A stretch of 64,000 nt of DNA, taken from assembly GCA_048013815.1 (NCBI GenBank), contig CM106586.1, forward strand, positions 14,012,001 through 14,076,000, in the 5' to 3' direction. This DNA comes from Setoptus koraiensis. Lineage: Eukaryota; Animalia; Arthropoda. The notes under the pieces are model-generated. The model was given only the letters and a program-made list of their open reading frames with translations. It was not told the DNA's origin and made no database searches. How positions within the stretch are numbered: the stretch's first letter is position 1; each line of letters begins with the position of its first letter. Shown in pieces: positions 12,508 through 25,084 of the stretch. Made by a program: the position numbers and the translations under genes.

Positions 12508-13981
12508 TGCGCACGAGCTCTTGCTTGGCTGGTCGCGCGGCCGAGAAATCGTAGAGTTTAAATTAATTGTTCAAATATAAATCAAAATTGTTGCTCGTCG
12601 GGCGCCGCTGTTCTCTTTGTGCTCACTGATTGCGGAACGCAAATTGCGAGCGCCAGTCGCCAGCGCTGGATGCGGGCCCCGGCGTGATGATGCCGGCAAG
12701 AAACCAAACAAATGAGCCAACGGGCAACAAAGAGCCGCTAATGTTGTTGCGCAACGTAGCGGCCGCGCGTTGCCTAATGCAGTTGTTGCGTAATGTTGTT
12801 GCGTAATGTTGTTGTTGCCTAATATAAATATAACTTTTGCACGAGTTACTAAACTTGTAACAAGGCACACGCGCACGCACACAACAACCGTTGTTGAGCA
12901 ACGGCTCGGCGGGCGCGTTTGCATGCCGATTGGCTCGCCGGCCGCAGCGCACAAACAACAAATGTAGTTGCTGGCTGGCTACAAATTAATGAATGTAAAC
13001 ACGTCCCGTGCGCCTCTCGTATCGCCGCGCACATGCCGCGACAGCGGAGCCGCGAGCGGCCGACGGGCGAGACCGGGCACCGCTGAGCGGGCCGGAGCCC
13101 GCCAGCTCGTACCCGAAGAGCCGCACGAACGGCCTGCAACGGACGGCCAGCTCGTACCCGAAGAGCCGCACGGGCGGCCCGCGACGACAATAACGACGGC
13201 AAACTCGGCGCAATGAGTCAAGTTGTTTGTGTGCGCCGCTTGCAACAAACTCGAACAGTGACAGTTTCACAACAAATTTATTCATTATCCGCCACTCACC
13301 ATTATTGCCGCCATTGTCTAACATCGGCACCAGCCAACGCCGGGCCCCATTTTGTCAAATTGATTCTCGCCAACTAAAGCGGCCCCACAAACAATGCAAA
13401 CAAACGAATGCTGCACGAATACTGTCGACCTGACACAATGGGCCCTTTAATCAAATTGTGTCGGCAAACAATTAACGACCTGCGCTCCGCCAACCGGACC
13501 GCCACCCGCGCCCGGCACGCCGAAATCCGGCCCAGTTTGTGCAGTTGTGCGCAAACCGCGCACCGCCGCCATCATTATTTGCCCATTTTTGCGCTGTGTA
13601 TTTGGCCATGTTTGCTTGATTATTGTGCAAATGGCGACACAGTCGTTGTGTCACAATGTGTCAGCGCGCGTTCCGCGCCGGGTCCGCGCCGGGTCCGCGC
13701 AATCGGCGTCGCCTCAGCCGGCCCATTCAGGCCGGCGCATGAACGCCCTTTTGCGGCGCGCTCGGCCTTCCGCCACTCTCGCCGGGCCGGGTCAGTGCGG
13801 GGTGCGCGGGTAGCGCGGATTAGCGATGGGGCCGGCTTTTGGGGTCAGTCGCTGCGCGTGAGAGCGCCCAGCGCCGTAGAGTGTCACTAACTGGTGGCGA
13901 GTGACAGTTGACAATTGACAATTATTGCATGTGATGCGCCCTCTGTTAACCGGAGTCTGTTTACATCATAGTGGGCGCCTC

Positions 13982-14017
13982 GTGAACTATGGACGGGCGC
14001 GCCCGTCCATAGTTCAC
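13982..14017. repeat. 36-bp perfect palindrome
   Basis: GTGAACTATGGACGGGCG|CGCCCGTCCATAGTTCAC. Confidence 0.97.
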
Positions 14018-14497
14018 CAGCAGCCAGTAGCTGTGATATTGAGCGATGACAGGATGAAATTAACTCGTTAAGGGGGCGCAACGTTTGATTTTCTCCTCTT
14101 AGTGACGCGTCTGGCGTGGCGGGCGGCCGGGCGGCCCGTCGAGCGTGAGCCATTCTGCGCCTAGTCGGTCGGTCGGTCGGGCCCCCCGTTTGACGGGTGA
14201 CGGGTCGGTGGGCGAGATTTGACACGACGTGGCGCACATTGGGCACAGCTTGGCGCCCAGTGAGCGGGCCGTCGAGTGGGCGCCGCAGCGCGCGGCGAGT
14301 GTGTGCGCCAAAATGACGCGCCGCCGGCCAACTGACAATGATTTAACTTGATCAACTTAAACTGGCCCGCCTAACGGGGCCCCCGACGCGAGCGCCGCGC
14401 CGAGCCCGCTGGCGTGTCCGCCTGGCTGGCTGTCATGTTGCCGGGGCCCGCTCATTTGGGGCGCTGCCATGGCTACTCGGCTCGCTCGCACTACTGG

Positions 14498-14560
14498 CCT
14501 CGCATTGCTGGCAATACTCGGCTGGCATTGCGCCCAGCGAGTATTGCCAGCAATGCGAGG
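14498..14560. repeat. Inverted repeat with 23-bp perfect arms
   Basis: CCTCGCATTGCTGGCAATACTCG (14498-14520) and its reverse complement (14538-14560). Confidence 0.97.
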
Positions 14561-17500
14561 GCCTGCATTGGGGCCACTCGCAAGTTGCGTAATACTCGCA
14601 AGTTGCGTAATACTCGTAATGCTTGCAAGTTGCGCAATGCTCGCTCGCTCGCCCCGATTACGTAATACGCGCGGCCTGGCCGCTTCAAATATATTTATAT
14701 ATCCATGTGAGCCGGCCAGCCATTTGTCAGAGCGGGCGGGTGAGTGATATTGTTTGGCTATTTCTCCCCTGCCACTCACACTATTTCTCCCCTGCCGTAC
14801 CCGTACCGTTTCTAGGGCATTTCTAACACACTCCATGACACGCGAGAGGGGGGGGGGAGCGTGTAGTGCCGGTAATGGGCATATATTGCGTCACATGGGC
14901 GCCCATTCATAAGTTGACAGCTCAATTGGTTGGCTTGCACATTTGAGTTGTCCATTTATTCAGTGGGCATCATCAGCAATCATTAGCGGAGCAACTGTCT
15001 ATTTATTTGTGTGTCATACCACCGCTACACTTATATTGTTGGCAGTTGCTGCCGGCTCGGCGCGGCGCCGGCTCGGCCCGCTCGGGACGGCTCGGCCGAC
15101 CCGGCCCGGCCCAGCGAGCTCATTATCAAGTGAACCGGCTGACACTATATATCAGCTACAAACACAACAACAACAACTTGCCGCTTGTGTGTCAAATCAA
15201 ACAGTTAGCGCACACATTAAACGGCGCCCCCTACGCGTATACAATGATAAACAGCGACTAGCTACAACAAATAAACAATGACTAATGTATGCAAATGCGC
15301 CTAAGTGCAGCATAGCGGCCGGCCCGACGGCCCGACTGTCTGGCCGGCCGTTATATATGGCGAGCTATGCGGCCCCATGCGCCGCTACATGGGCATATCG
15401 GCCGCTACATGGGTATATGGGGCGCTCGGGCGCGTGCCCCGCCAGCGCCACCAGCGGCCATTGTGGGCCCATTGTTCATAACTGATGATACAATGCTCGC
15501 CATTGTAACACAAGACCCAATCCGCTCTCTCGAGTGCGCCCCAAACAAAGCGACTCCAAATATGCGCGCGCTAATTTATTATATCCATGGCGCTGTATAT
15601 TCAGGCAACTTGTTATGGCACCACTACAAGTTACACTGGCCATGTTGCGTAACATTGTTGCCGGCCATTGTGGGCATTATTTATTCCGAACTGGCGCCAC
15701 CACGGGGGCCCGCAAAGCGGGCGCCCACCTAAGGCCGCTTTAGACAACACTTTTTAATTGAATAACACCGAGCCGCGCTGGATAGGCCCAATTTCGCTGG
15801 CCATAATTTTACAGCTGCCACATAGCTGGCGAGTCGGGCGCTCGCCGGGGCCCCTCGCCAGCCAGCCAGCCAGCCGGGCTGCACGCGGTGCGGGCGCCAT
15901 CACAACGTTCAATGCTGCTGGCACCATGAATCAATCATGCTTTGTGGCGGCCCAAAATTGCTCGCACAAGCTCGCCCTCGGGCGACGCGCCGGCCCCAAT
16001 TTTTCAGACGCACACCCGTACTGGCGCGCACCGCTACTGGCAACTATCCAATTGGCACGGTGCGGATTGCCCGAGCGGACCCAGCGAGCGCCAATTGGAT
16101 AGACTGATGCTGGCAAATGTGGGCCAAACATGGCCAGTGTTTGCATGGCAGCGACAACCGCGGGCCGCTGCCGGAAAATGCGGCGCGGTTTGCCACTTAT
16201 GCGCTAATTTTTATCTGTTTATCTAGATGCTGTCGCGCTAATGTTGTTGTTGTTGTTGCCCGGCGTTGCTGTTCTGGCAGATTATCCAACGTTATCCGGC
16301 GGCCAGCATGGCGGCGCATTGTATTGAACAAGTTGTATTAATTTCGTTACACGTCGCTCTTACGACAACAATCGGGCGCCCCATCTAATATTTCATGTTT
16401 CGCGCAGCGCACATCGTGTGATATATGGCACACCGTGTGTGATATATCGCTGGCGCGCCTGGGCCGGCGGCCCACAGGTGGCGCCACCGGCCGCGTAACC
16501 TGCCCCCCAACGGCCCCCACCAACGCCGGACCGCAATTCGGCCGGGCATCAATATGGCTTCACCTGGCTTGTCGCTGGTCTGATACTGGCCGACACTGCC
16601 TTTCACTGTGTGCTACAGTGTTTCAATCGGCCAAATATGGGGCCCAATGCAACACAACACGTGGGACTAATGTCGCCAATGGCTGGATATTGGACATTTG
16701 TTGTCGGTTGGCGGCGATGGCGCCGCGATCATCGCCCACGCGATGATTCATTGAGACATTAGATGACCATTAATAAGAATAAGAGGGCCGCACAAGAACC
16801 AGTTTTGCCCATTTGGCCGGCCCCCAAATGCGAGCCCGCCGAGATCCGACGACGGGCCAGCCCCTCGCGCCGCATTGTCGCATATACGTTGGCGCGATGC
16901 GAGCATATATTACGCATTTGGGCGCGCATTGTGCGGTGCCGCGCGGCCGCGCCGGACGCAAACAAATAACAATTTATTGTTATTTTATTCCGCTATCCGT
17001 GGGGCCGCCTTTGTGCCCGCCAGCACAATGGTCGCCCTACTTGACACAACTCAACTGGCTCGGGGCCGCTTTTCAGCGGCGCTCGGGCGGCCAGCCAGCG
17101 ACAATTCCGAGGCGCCTCTCGCGCTGCAATCGGACAATGTCCGCTCAAATGTATGCTCAAACCAAAACTCAAAAACTGTCACATACATTACGCACAAACG
17201 CCGGCCTCTCTGTGGGCGCCCCGGCCCCCATTGTAGCCATCGTGGGCCATCTATCAGCTGGTGGGGCTATTTCTCTTCGATTGTTATCGTTGCTCTGCTG
17301 GCGTCCCCCACCCAGAACCCGCCGGCAGCACGCCAAGCGGCCAGTCGCAACAAACAGCAACCTGCCACAAGGTGAATCATTGCTCGCCGGCGACAAAGCG
17401 ATGGGGCCCACTGGGGCCATCTTATTTTTATTCTTTTTGTCGCCCGCTGGCCGGCGGCCGCCGCAAACGTGTACAGTCTGTGTGTGTGCGTCTTGCAGTG

Positions 17501-17619
17501 CCCGCGTCGCCCCATGTCGCCCCATGTGTCTCTGGCCAATTTGAGCCTTGCCCACTCACCCCGGACATACGGACATGACAGTGTCAGCGCGAACGGGCGA
17601 CATCCACTGGCCGCCCAGC

Positions 17620-17670
17620 GGCCCGTGCGTTGGGCCCGTGCGTTGGGCCCGTGCGTTGGGCCCGTGTGTT
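17620..17670. repeat. 13-bp tandem repeat, 4 copies
   Basis: Unit GGCCCGTGCGTTG. Confidence 0.9.
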
Positions 17671-18794
17671 AGGCCGGCCCAGAAAGTGGGCCAAACTAGG
17701 CGCACGGGCCCGCACTAAATCCTAACGGACACCGCTAATGCTCTCTCTCAATCTCTAAAATGCGCCCTCTCACAATTCCCGAGAAGCGCCCCCGACGCAC
17801 ACCGCCAACTGCCAGCCATATTGCATAATGCTATTACGTCATAGCGGCACATGCTGTTGCAGTTGCTGGCGCCGGTGGACAAAACAGCAACTGGGCCAAT
17901 CGCTCGCCCGCCCGCCGCCCGCGTCTAAAACCCGACACTTTTGCAGGGCGCGCACGCCGCAATCGATCGCCGCCGCCGCCGCTATGACGATGGCTTGAGT
18001 CGCCCAAGTGAGTCGGCAACCCGCCCGGGGCTCCACTGAGCCGGTGAGCCGGCGAGCGCGGGATTTCGCTTCGCGCAGTCTATCGGTGCCACTTACCCGG
18101 CAGTCACTGCAACAGTAAGTGGCTAATGCCGGCACATCTAGCATCGAGCAGTTGGCTGGCAGTTATCAAAGGTCGTCACGATGGGCCCCAATTCAACTCT
18201 TGTGAGCCGGCCCCCTCCGTCTCCCCTCCGTCTCCCTTTCTCCCCTCGCTCCGCTGTCACTCGGTCTGTCGAATGGGCGCATTCTCTGGGGGCCAGGCGG
18301 CGCGCGCAGTTGATGGCAATGATATAATATCAGACACACGGCGGAATATCGAGATTCATATCTATGGCTCATAATATCGAGCGCTTGCAAAACGGTCAGA
18401 GCGAGAGGCCGAAAAAGGGAAAAGGGAACGAGCGAAGGTGGGAAGGGGCGCAGTGTAGTGTAATGGGCAAATGGGAAAATATAAAAAAATCGATTTCGCA
18501 CACAAACAGATTATATCAATTTTTACTCTCCATCACACACTTATACTTATACTTATATGCTCACGCTTATGTAACTTGTACTTATGCCCTCGCTTTAGCG
18601 ACACCAGTCATATCCTGCTGATATGACAACTGGCGCGGGCCCCGGCGCTGTCGCCGGCATGCAATCGACCATCGCCGGCCGGCCGGCCCGCCGAAAAGGG
18701 AAGCCAAGTTGGACGCACCGGCGCCCACTTCCGATTCGGCACACACACGCGCGCGCGAGTTAGTGTTGACTGGCGACTGCCATTAGGGCGCCGC

Positions 18795-18876
18795 GGCCGC
18801 TCGAAGCCGTTCCAATGCAACGATTGGGGCCGCTCGGAGCCGTTCCAATGCAACGATTGGGGCCGCTCGGAGCCGT
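18795..18876. repeat. 33-bp tandem repeat, about 2.5 copies
   Basis: Unit GGCCGCTCGRAGCCGTTCCAATGCAACGATTGG, no spacers. Confidence 0.92.
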
Positions 18877-21717
18877 GGGCCGGCCCCGGTGGCCAGAGAG
18901 CGGCCGGCGACAAAAGGGGCCAGAGCACGAGATCAGCGGAATGGAACAGAGATAAGACATGCCAACGGCGGGCCTTATCTGTTATCAGCTGTTGGGGCCC
19001 CGAGAGCCCAGAGGCGGCGGCAAGCCGCTGGAGCCTCGAGTGAGCTTAGGGGCCCCATTTGTGTGTGCGTCGCCAGTGTGTGTGTGCATCTTGGGCGAGA
19101 TTGACCAGTGATAGACACTGGCCGAGCGGGCCAATCCGATCCGAGCCAGCGATCCGAGCCCGCGATACACGGCAAACGTATAGCCGAGAGGTCGCCGAGA
19201 GAACGAGTTTTATAAAAAAACTGACCAACCTGACAAAAGAGCTCGCGCCAGTTGGTCAACTTGTTAAGCTGACGCGACAGCGGCCGTGGGGACCCGGCGC
19301 GCCAGCTCAGCGGGCACCGGCGGCTGAGCTGGCCAGTTCGCTCGAGCGAGCGCCCACAAAAGTCGACCATAATCTTATAGGTTCAATGTGGGCCCCATCT
19401 TGGCAAAATTGCCACTTGGCTGTGAGATGTGCGCGAGATGGCGACCACAACAACAACAGCAACTGGCAACATTGATGATGATATATATCTTATTATTTCA
19501 TCCCCATTGGCAACTTTCGCGCCGCTGCCAACACCTAAGCTGATAATGTTTGCGCCTCACTTATCAAGCCTGGGCCGCTCCTCTCTTTCGGGGGCCCTCT
19601 TTCGGGCCGCTCCACGGCGAGGGGCAGCCCCAAGATAAAAAGCGTCAGAGTTTATTAATAATCATTGGCACGAACATGGCCGCATGGTGGCGTGTTATTG
19701 TTTGCGAACGATCCCAGCAAAACCATCGCGCTTGCCCGCGCGTTTGCCAGCGAGCTCGCGGGCCATAATTGCAACAAACAAACGACGCGCACCTAACTAA
19801 CTCGAGCGGCCCCAACGGCTAAAAGAATTGCCACGAGTTATATTATGGCGCGCGAGTTCAAGATATGAGCGGCGCAGCTTGTTTATCATCATTTTGCTAC
19901 TCTGGCGACCCCCATCAATCTAGAGGGAGACACTGTCGCGGCGCCGGGCCGCCAATCAACTCATTCCATCTTATCTCACCTGGAGGCGGCGGCGGCGGCC
20001 GCGCCAACTCACTGGAGCGTCGAGCGGCGGCCGGCGGCCGCCGAGACTCTCTAATCTCTGGAACAATCGCAGTCGCGAGCTGCGGGTGCCATTTACCGGC
20101 GCCCCATTACGGGCTGCGAGCGCTAGCAGCAACGTAAGGCAACTGCGCCAACGTTTTCGCAAGGAGCGCGGGCACTAAGGACTGCTCAGTAAGGGGCCCG
20201 CTGGGGCTAAATATAGCCCCAGAATGGAAGCAATTGGAGCGTCGCCGAGAGTTTAATGGTGTCTGGCTCGCCACTCGTCCATCATCGTCTATCGAGTAAT
20301 CTGAGCCAGGGCGCCTATGGGAACCAGCCAGTAATGCCAGCGCAAAATGGCACCGAATTAAGGCATCACCTGCAGCACTAGCGCCGCTACTATAACGGTT
20401 TGCTGGCCACAGGTGAGTGTGCCAAGCAGTTGTGCGATGATGCAGTTGGGGCCCGTTTTGGGGCCGGCGCGTTATGGTTTCATGGCGCGCCTCAATAGGT
20501 ACAAACAACCATTGGTGCCGCGTAGTATGCGCAAAACGGTGGCGAGGGGGCGCTGCTTAACGGCCGCTAGCGGAATTAATAAAACACAGCAACCCAATGT
20601 AACATTAATGATTCGGCCGGCATCGCGATTCGCGATGATGCTGCTGCCAAGCTGCCAGCCGGGCCATTGCCAAAGTGCTGCCAAAGTATTGTTGTGTCTG
20701 GCCACTAGAGAGCGCTCAGACGCGAACAACAAAATGTTTCTGGGGGCAAATTTCGCTCTCTCTCTCTCTCTCTCGCTCTTCCTCTTCCTCTCTGTCTGAC
20801 ACTGCGAGTCAGAGTCTCTGACACACTGGCTCGCCGGCGCATGATATAATGATATAAGAATATTATGTGAAGTAAATGATCATAATAATGATGTTGGGCC
20901 GGCGCCATTCGAGATGCGGCCCACGATCTCCGGCGAGCCAGCCACTAGATTTGCGCCATCCAGCGTGTGCGACTTGCGCGCGAGAAGTCAAGTGAAGTTG
21001 TTGTGCATTGTTGGCTCGCACGCTGCGTTATAAACTGCAAACATTACATAACCGGCAACATTGCGTAACAACATTAATATTGTGCCGGCTCACACTGGGC
21101 TCGTTGTGCTCTTTGCGCCGTGCGAGCCGTGTGAGCCTTGTGAGAGCCGGTGTGTGAGGCCAACTCTTGTGAGCAATATCCGCATAGATCCGGCGTGCGT
21201 GTGTGTGTAAATTTGGCACAGATTTGATTCGATCACGATGAGATCACGAGCTTACCATGGAGTGACACACACACACACACACACACACAGAAACACATTT
21301 ACTGGTGCGTCGGGTGCAAACAATTTAAAGCCAATACACAAACAAGCTCGACTATTCATACTGTTAATGTCTCGCTGTGTGTGCGCGCCCCCCTAATGAT
21401 ACACTTGCCATTATCGCTCGTGCAACGCACACACACACACACACGCACACACACACACACACACACACAATGCTGGCGCAATAATACGCATAACGTGCAC
21501 ACGTACCGTGCACGTAGCGCACATTACGCAACACTGGCAAACGCTGGGCGCGCAATATTGCCGTCGCGTAATGTTACGTAATGTTACGCGCTCGTGCCAG
21601 CGTGTGTGCGCCACAAAGCTCGACAATGACAACAAAGTGCCCGCAACACAAGAGACAATAACGTGTAGTATGCATAACAAATAGATAATTCATCTTTGAG
21701 GTAGCCTGTTCACGTGT

Positions 21718-21838
21718 TGTTGCCGTCGTTGCCGTCGTTGTCGTTGTTGTCGTTGTTGTCGTTGCCGTCGTTGTCGTTGTCGTCGTTGCCGTCGTTGTTG
21801 CTGTTGCCGTCGTTGTTGCTGTTGCCGTTGTCGTTGTC
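21718..21838. repeat. Degenerate GTT/GTC/GCC trinucleotide tract
   Basis: About 120 nt of GTTGCCGTCGTTGTC-type triplets. Confidence 0.9.
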
Positions 21839-24800
21839 AGAGCCAGAGTGGTCAGTTGATGCAAACATCAACAACACACACAATGACCACGACAATTACA
21901 ATGACAACGCCGCCGACAACAACCGCCCGCAACCACCGCCGACCATAATGATGGCGATGATTATCGTGGCAACCATAATAAACGCATTAGCCTAATAACG
22001 TGAGTGTCACTTTTGTCATGCCAGGCCCGCTGCTCTTGTCAGGCCGGAACCCGCGACACGAGGCCGGCCCGCTCGCCGCGGCTCGCCGACACTCGTCGCG
22101 CCGCCGACAAAGTGGCACGCCTCTCGCTTGCTTGTCGAGCCGGTGCACAGTGTGCTCGCCCTGCTCCGGCTCTGTGCAAGTGTCGTCGGCTTCTTGGGAC
22201 TCGTGAGCCACTTTGAGCCCGATCGATCCGCGAAAAGACTTTTGACTTGTGCGCGACAGTGCACAATGTCAATCGCACTCACAACTTGTGAGCTGTGCAA
22301 GCGATTACGTAATGTCGCCGTCTCGTGTCTAATGAGTTGCACGAGGCGCAACGAGCACAACGAGCGCAATAAGCGAACGGCGACGGCCACAATGGGCGAA
22401 AAGTTGTGACTTTTAACTTTTGCTAAGTACCTAGTTATAATTTTTATTTTCCAGTCCAGCGCCATTAAGCGTTTTGTCGCGCCTCATTGTATCGGCTCGC
22501 TCGCTCGCGACTCACAACTTGTAAGCTGTGCAAGCGACAAAATGTGAGCAACGGCGCCTCTCGGCGGGCTTGTCAGCGCGGCGCGCTAATGCCACAAAAT
22601 AACGGTGCCACAAATGCTGCGACCGTAATAACTGTCTCAAGTGCGCATATTGCACACCAGCGCTCGCCACTGGCGACTCATGCGGGCCCCGGTGGCTTCG
22701 CCAGTCGGCGGCCAGTCGAGCGCCGCCAGTCGAGCGCCCGTTATATTGGCGGGCACGAGATTGTTGTGACGGGCGAACAGCTATCGACAGCTCGGCGCAA
22801 CTTGAATTTTCAAGTGCAATTCAAATTGACAACAGCGTTAGAATTCATCTCTCGCTTGCGCAACTGTGCCGGTCGACTTTTCGCATCCCGAATAGGGGGC
22901 CCCGCGCTCTGGCCGCGCCGTGCCCGCACTCTGGCCCCACTCTACTCTCTCGTACACGCAGCGAGCGGCGGTAATTTATAGCGGCCCGAGCGGCGACCAG
23001 AGGGCACGGGCATAATAATGAAATAATACGAGACATAATGGCCATAATTATGGCCTGAATAATAGCGGGCCCATTATTATTGTGCCGGCCGAGTGTCACT
23101 TGCGCATAATACAATAAACTATGGCCGCGCGATATAAGATATAAGATGAGCGAGAATTGACTCGCACAACAAGACGCCGCCCCTGACAAGTGGCCGGCGC
23201 TGTGCGACACGGCACAGATTGATCCAAATGGGGCCCGTTAATAACAAGCCGTTATCATTACTCTTGTTGTGCGTGCGCCCTTTCTAATGGACGGGTATTA
23301 TTTTAAGCGGTGTCGCTGAGACATTGCTCATTTTTTGCTGCGCTAAGTGCCCGCTCGGGAGCCGCACATCGCACACTGTCGCCGCTGCCCGCAATAATAG
23401 GGCCCCGCTCCTCATACATACTGGCTGGTTGTGCATACTGGCGTGTATGTTAATAATGCGCAACTATGCCGCCACGGCCAAGTGTGCCGGCGATGCCGGC
23501 TGCACAGTGCGCCGCGGCGCACTGTGCAGCATTGGGGCCTAGCGCCACAGGAAGTGGCGCCGGCGAGCGCATAAATTCATGAAAAAAAATGCATGTCGTT
23601 TGCCGTGGGCCGGCGTAACGAGCGCCGGCCGCTTTGTTTAAAACGGCGCTATGTGTGCGTGTGACGTAATATGTGCCCGCAATGGCCCGTAAGGACAAGA
23701 GCCGCTAATGAGCCTGATGAGGGTTATCTGCTACATTGGCGGGCGCGATGCACATTGGGTGACAATGAGCTGTCTGTGTGCGTGTGCGTCTCATCTTGAG
23801 TGGGGCCCGTTGCCGTTGTCTTGCGGGCCGGCGGCCAGCGGCTGGCCCGTGGCCGGCACGCAATCCGCAAACCCGCTACCCGTCGCGTATGCGTCGCGCG
23901 GATAATGTCGCCGGCCAGCAAATCCATTTGCCGGGCCGGCGCGCGCAATTTGATTTATGCGCGCGAGCTGCCGGCCGGCCCGCCGGCCCGCTACAATTGC
24001 ACAACCGGGCCCCCAACTGTCGCTGGCTGCCTGTCGTTGGCTGGCTTCGCCCCCTTGCAGTAACTTGCTGAATTTGCCGCGACTGGCGACTGGCAACAGT
24101 TTCGTCAGTTGCGGCCAGCTTCGGCTGCGCCAATTGGCGCGCCATCCGAGCCGGCCAGCACGAGCACGCGTAATGTGGAGCACGTGCAAGAGATATTATG
24201 CCACTCGTGTGTGTGTGTGTGTGCGTGTTGCGGCATTTGGCATCAGTGGCGCCGCTTGCGAGCGAGGCGCCCCAACGGTGCCAACCAGGCACGGGCAACG
24301 GGGCCCGAAATGGGCCCAAAATGGACGGCCGTTGATCATCATGCATGCACATAGCGACATTTGCGCACAGCGACGTACACAGTGCGCAGAGCGCAAATAA
24401 CGCGTGCTAGCACTGCTGGCAGTGAGCGCGAGTCGCTAGGTAATGAGCGCGAAAACGCGCCAGTAAACCGGCAGTTCGTTAGAGCGAACAAACGACTGCT
24501 ACATTTGCAATGACAACAACATCATCAGCAGCCGACAATGTTGCTTGAAACCGGAAGTGAGTGTGCGGGGGCGTGACTTTGCGAGCGCGCGCGCGCGTGA
24601 CGATTCGGACAAAAGGTGGCGACTGTTGTTCAATGTTCTCTGGCCTCTTTGTGTGCGCCTCTGGCACAGAGAGATGCGATAGGGGGGCCGGGGCCGAGAC
24701 AGGGAAGGGGCGAACGTGATGCGAATTGTGATGTCGTCATTAGTGGACACATCGAAATTAGTTGTTGGCGTCGCGGGTGCCGCCGAGTATGAGTTGCGAC

Positions 24801-25019
24801 CGCCGGCCGCCAGCCGCCGGTCGGATCAGATTACGGGCACTATCAGCGGGCAGCAGTCAATAGTGTGAGTAGTGGTATCGAGTAGTTGTAGTGGCCTCAC
24901 CGACACTTGTGTGTGATACGTTTATGATACGTTGCGCGCCTCAACGGGCGGCCGCGCGGCAACGGATGTGCGGATACGCGCCGCGCAAGTCTGTGTGACT
25001 CATCATTGCGACACTGGCG

Positions 25020-25084
25020 CCGCTGGCCGGCGATACGCGGCGACTTGCCGCTGGCCGGCGATACGCGGCGACTTGCCGCTGGCC
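25020..25084. repeat. 28-bp tandem repeat, about 2.3 copies
   Basis: Unit CCGCTGGCCGGCGATACGCGGCGACTTG. Confidence 0.92.

Noticed and set aside
13982-14020. Plus-strand mirtron (GTGAA...TTCACCAG)
   Set aside because: Only 39 nt with no loop and a poor donor context; too short for a spliceosomal intron.
14538-14545. miR-12 homologue (arm begins CGAGUAUU, sharing the GAGUAUU seed as I recall it)
   Set aside because: Only the seed matches, it is on the wrong arm, and the remainder is unrelated. A 7-nt match is expected by chance.
18795-18876. CRISPR array (33-bp repeats)
   Set aside because: Units are head-to-tail with no spacers, there are no cas genes, and the context is eukaryotic. The same applies to the 27-, 28- and 30-bp arrays.
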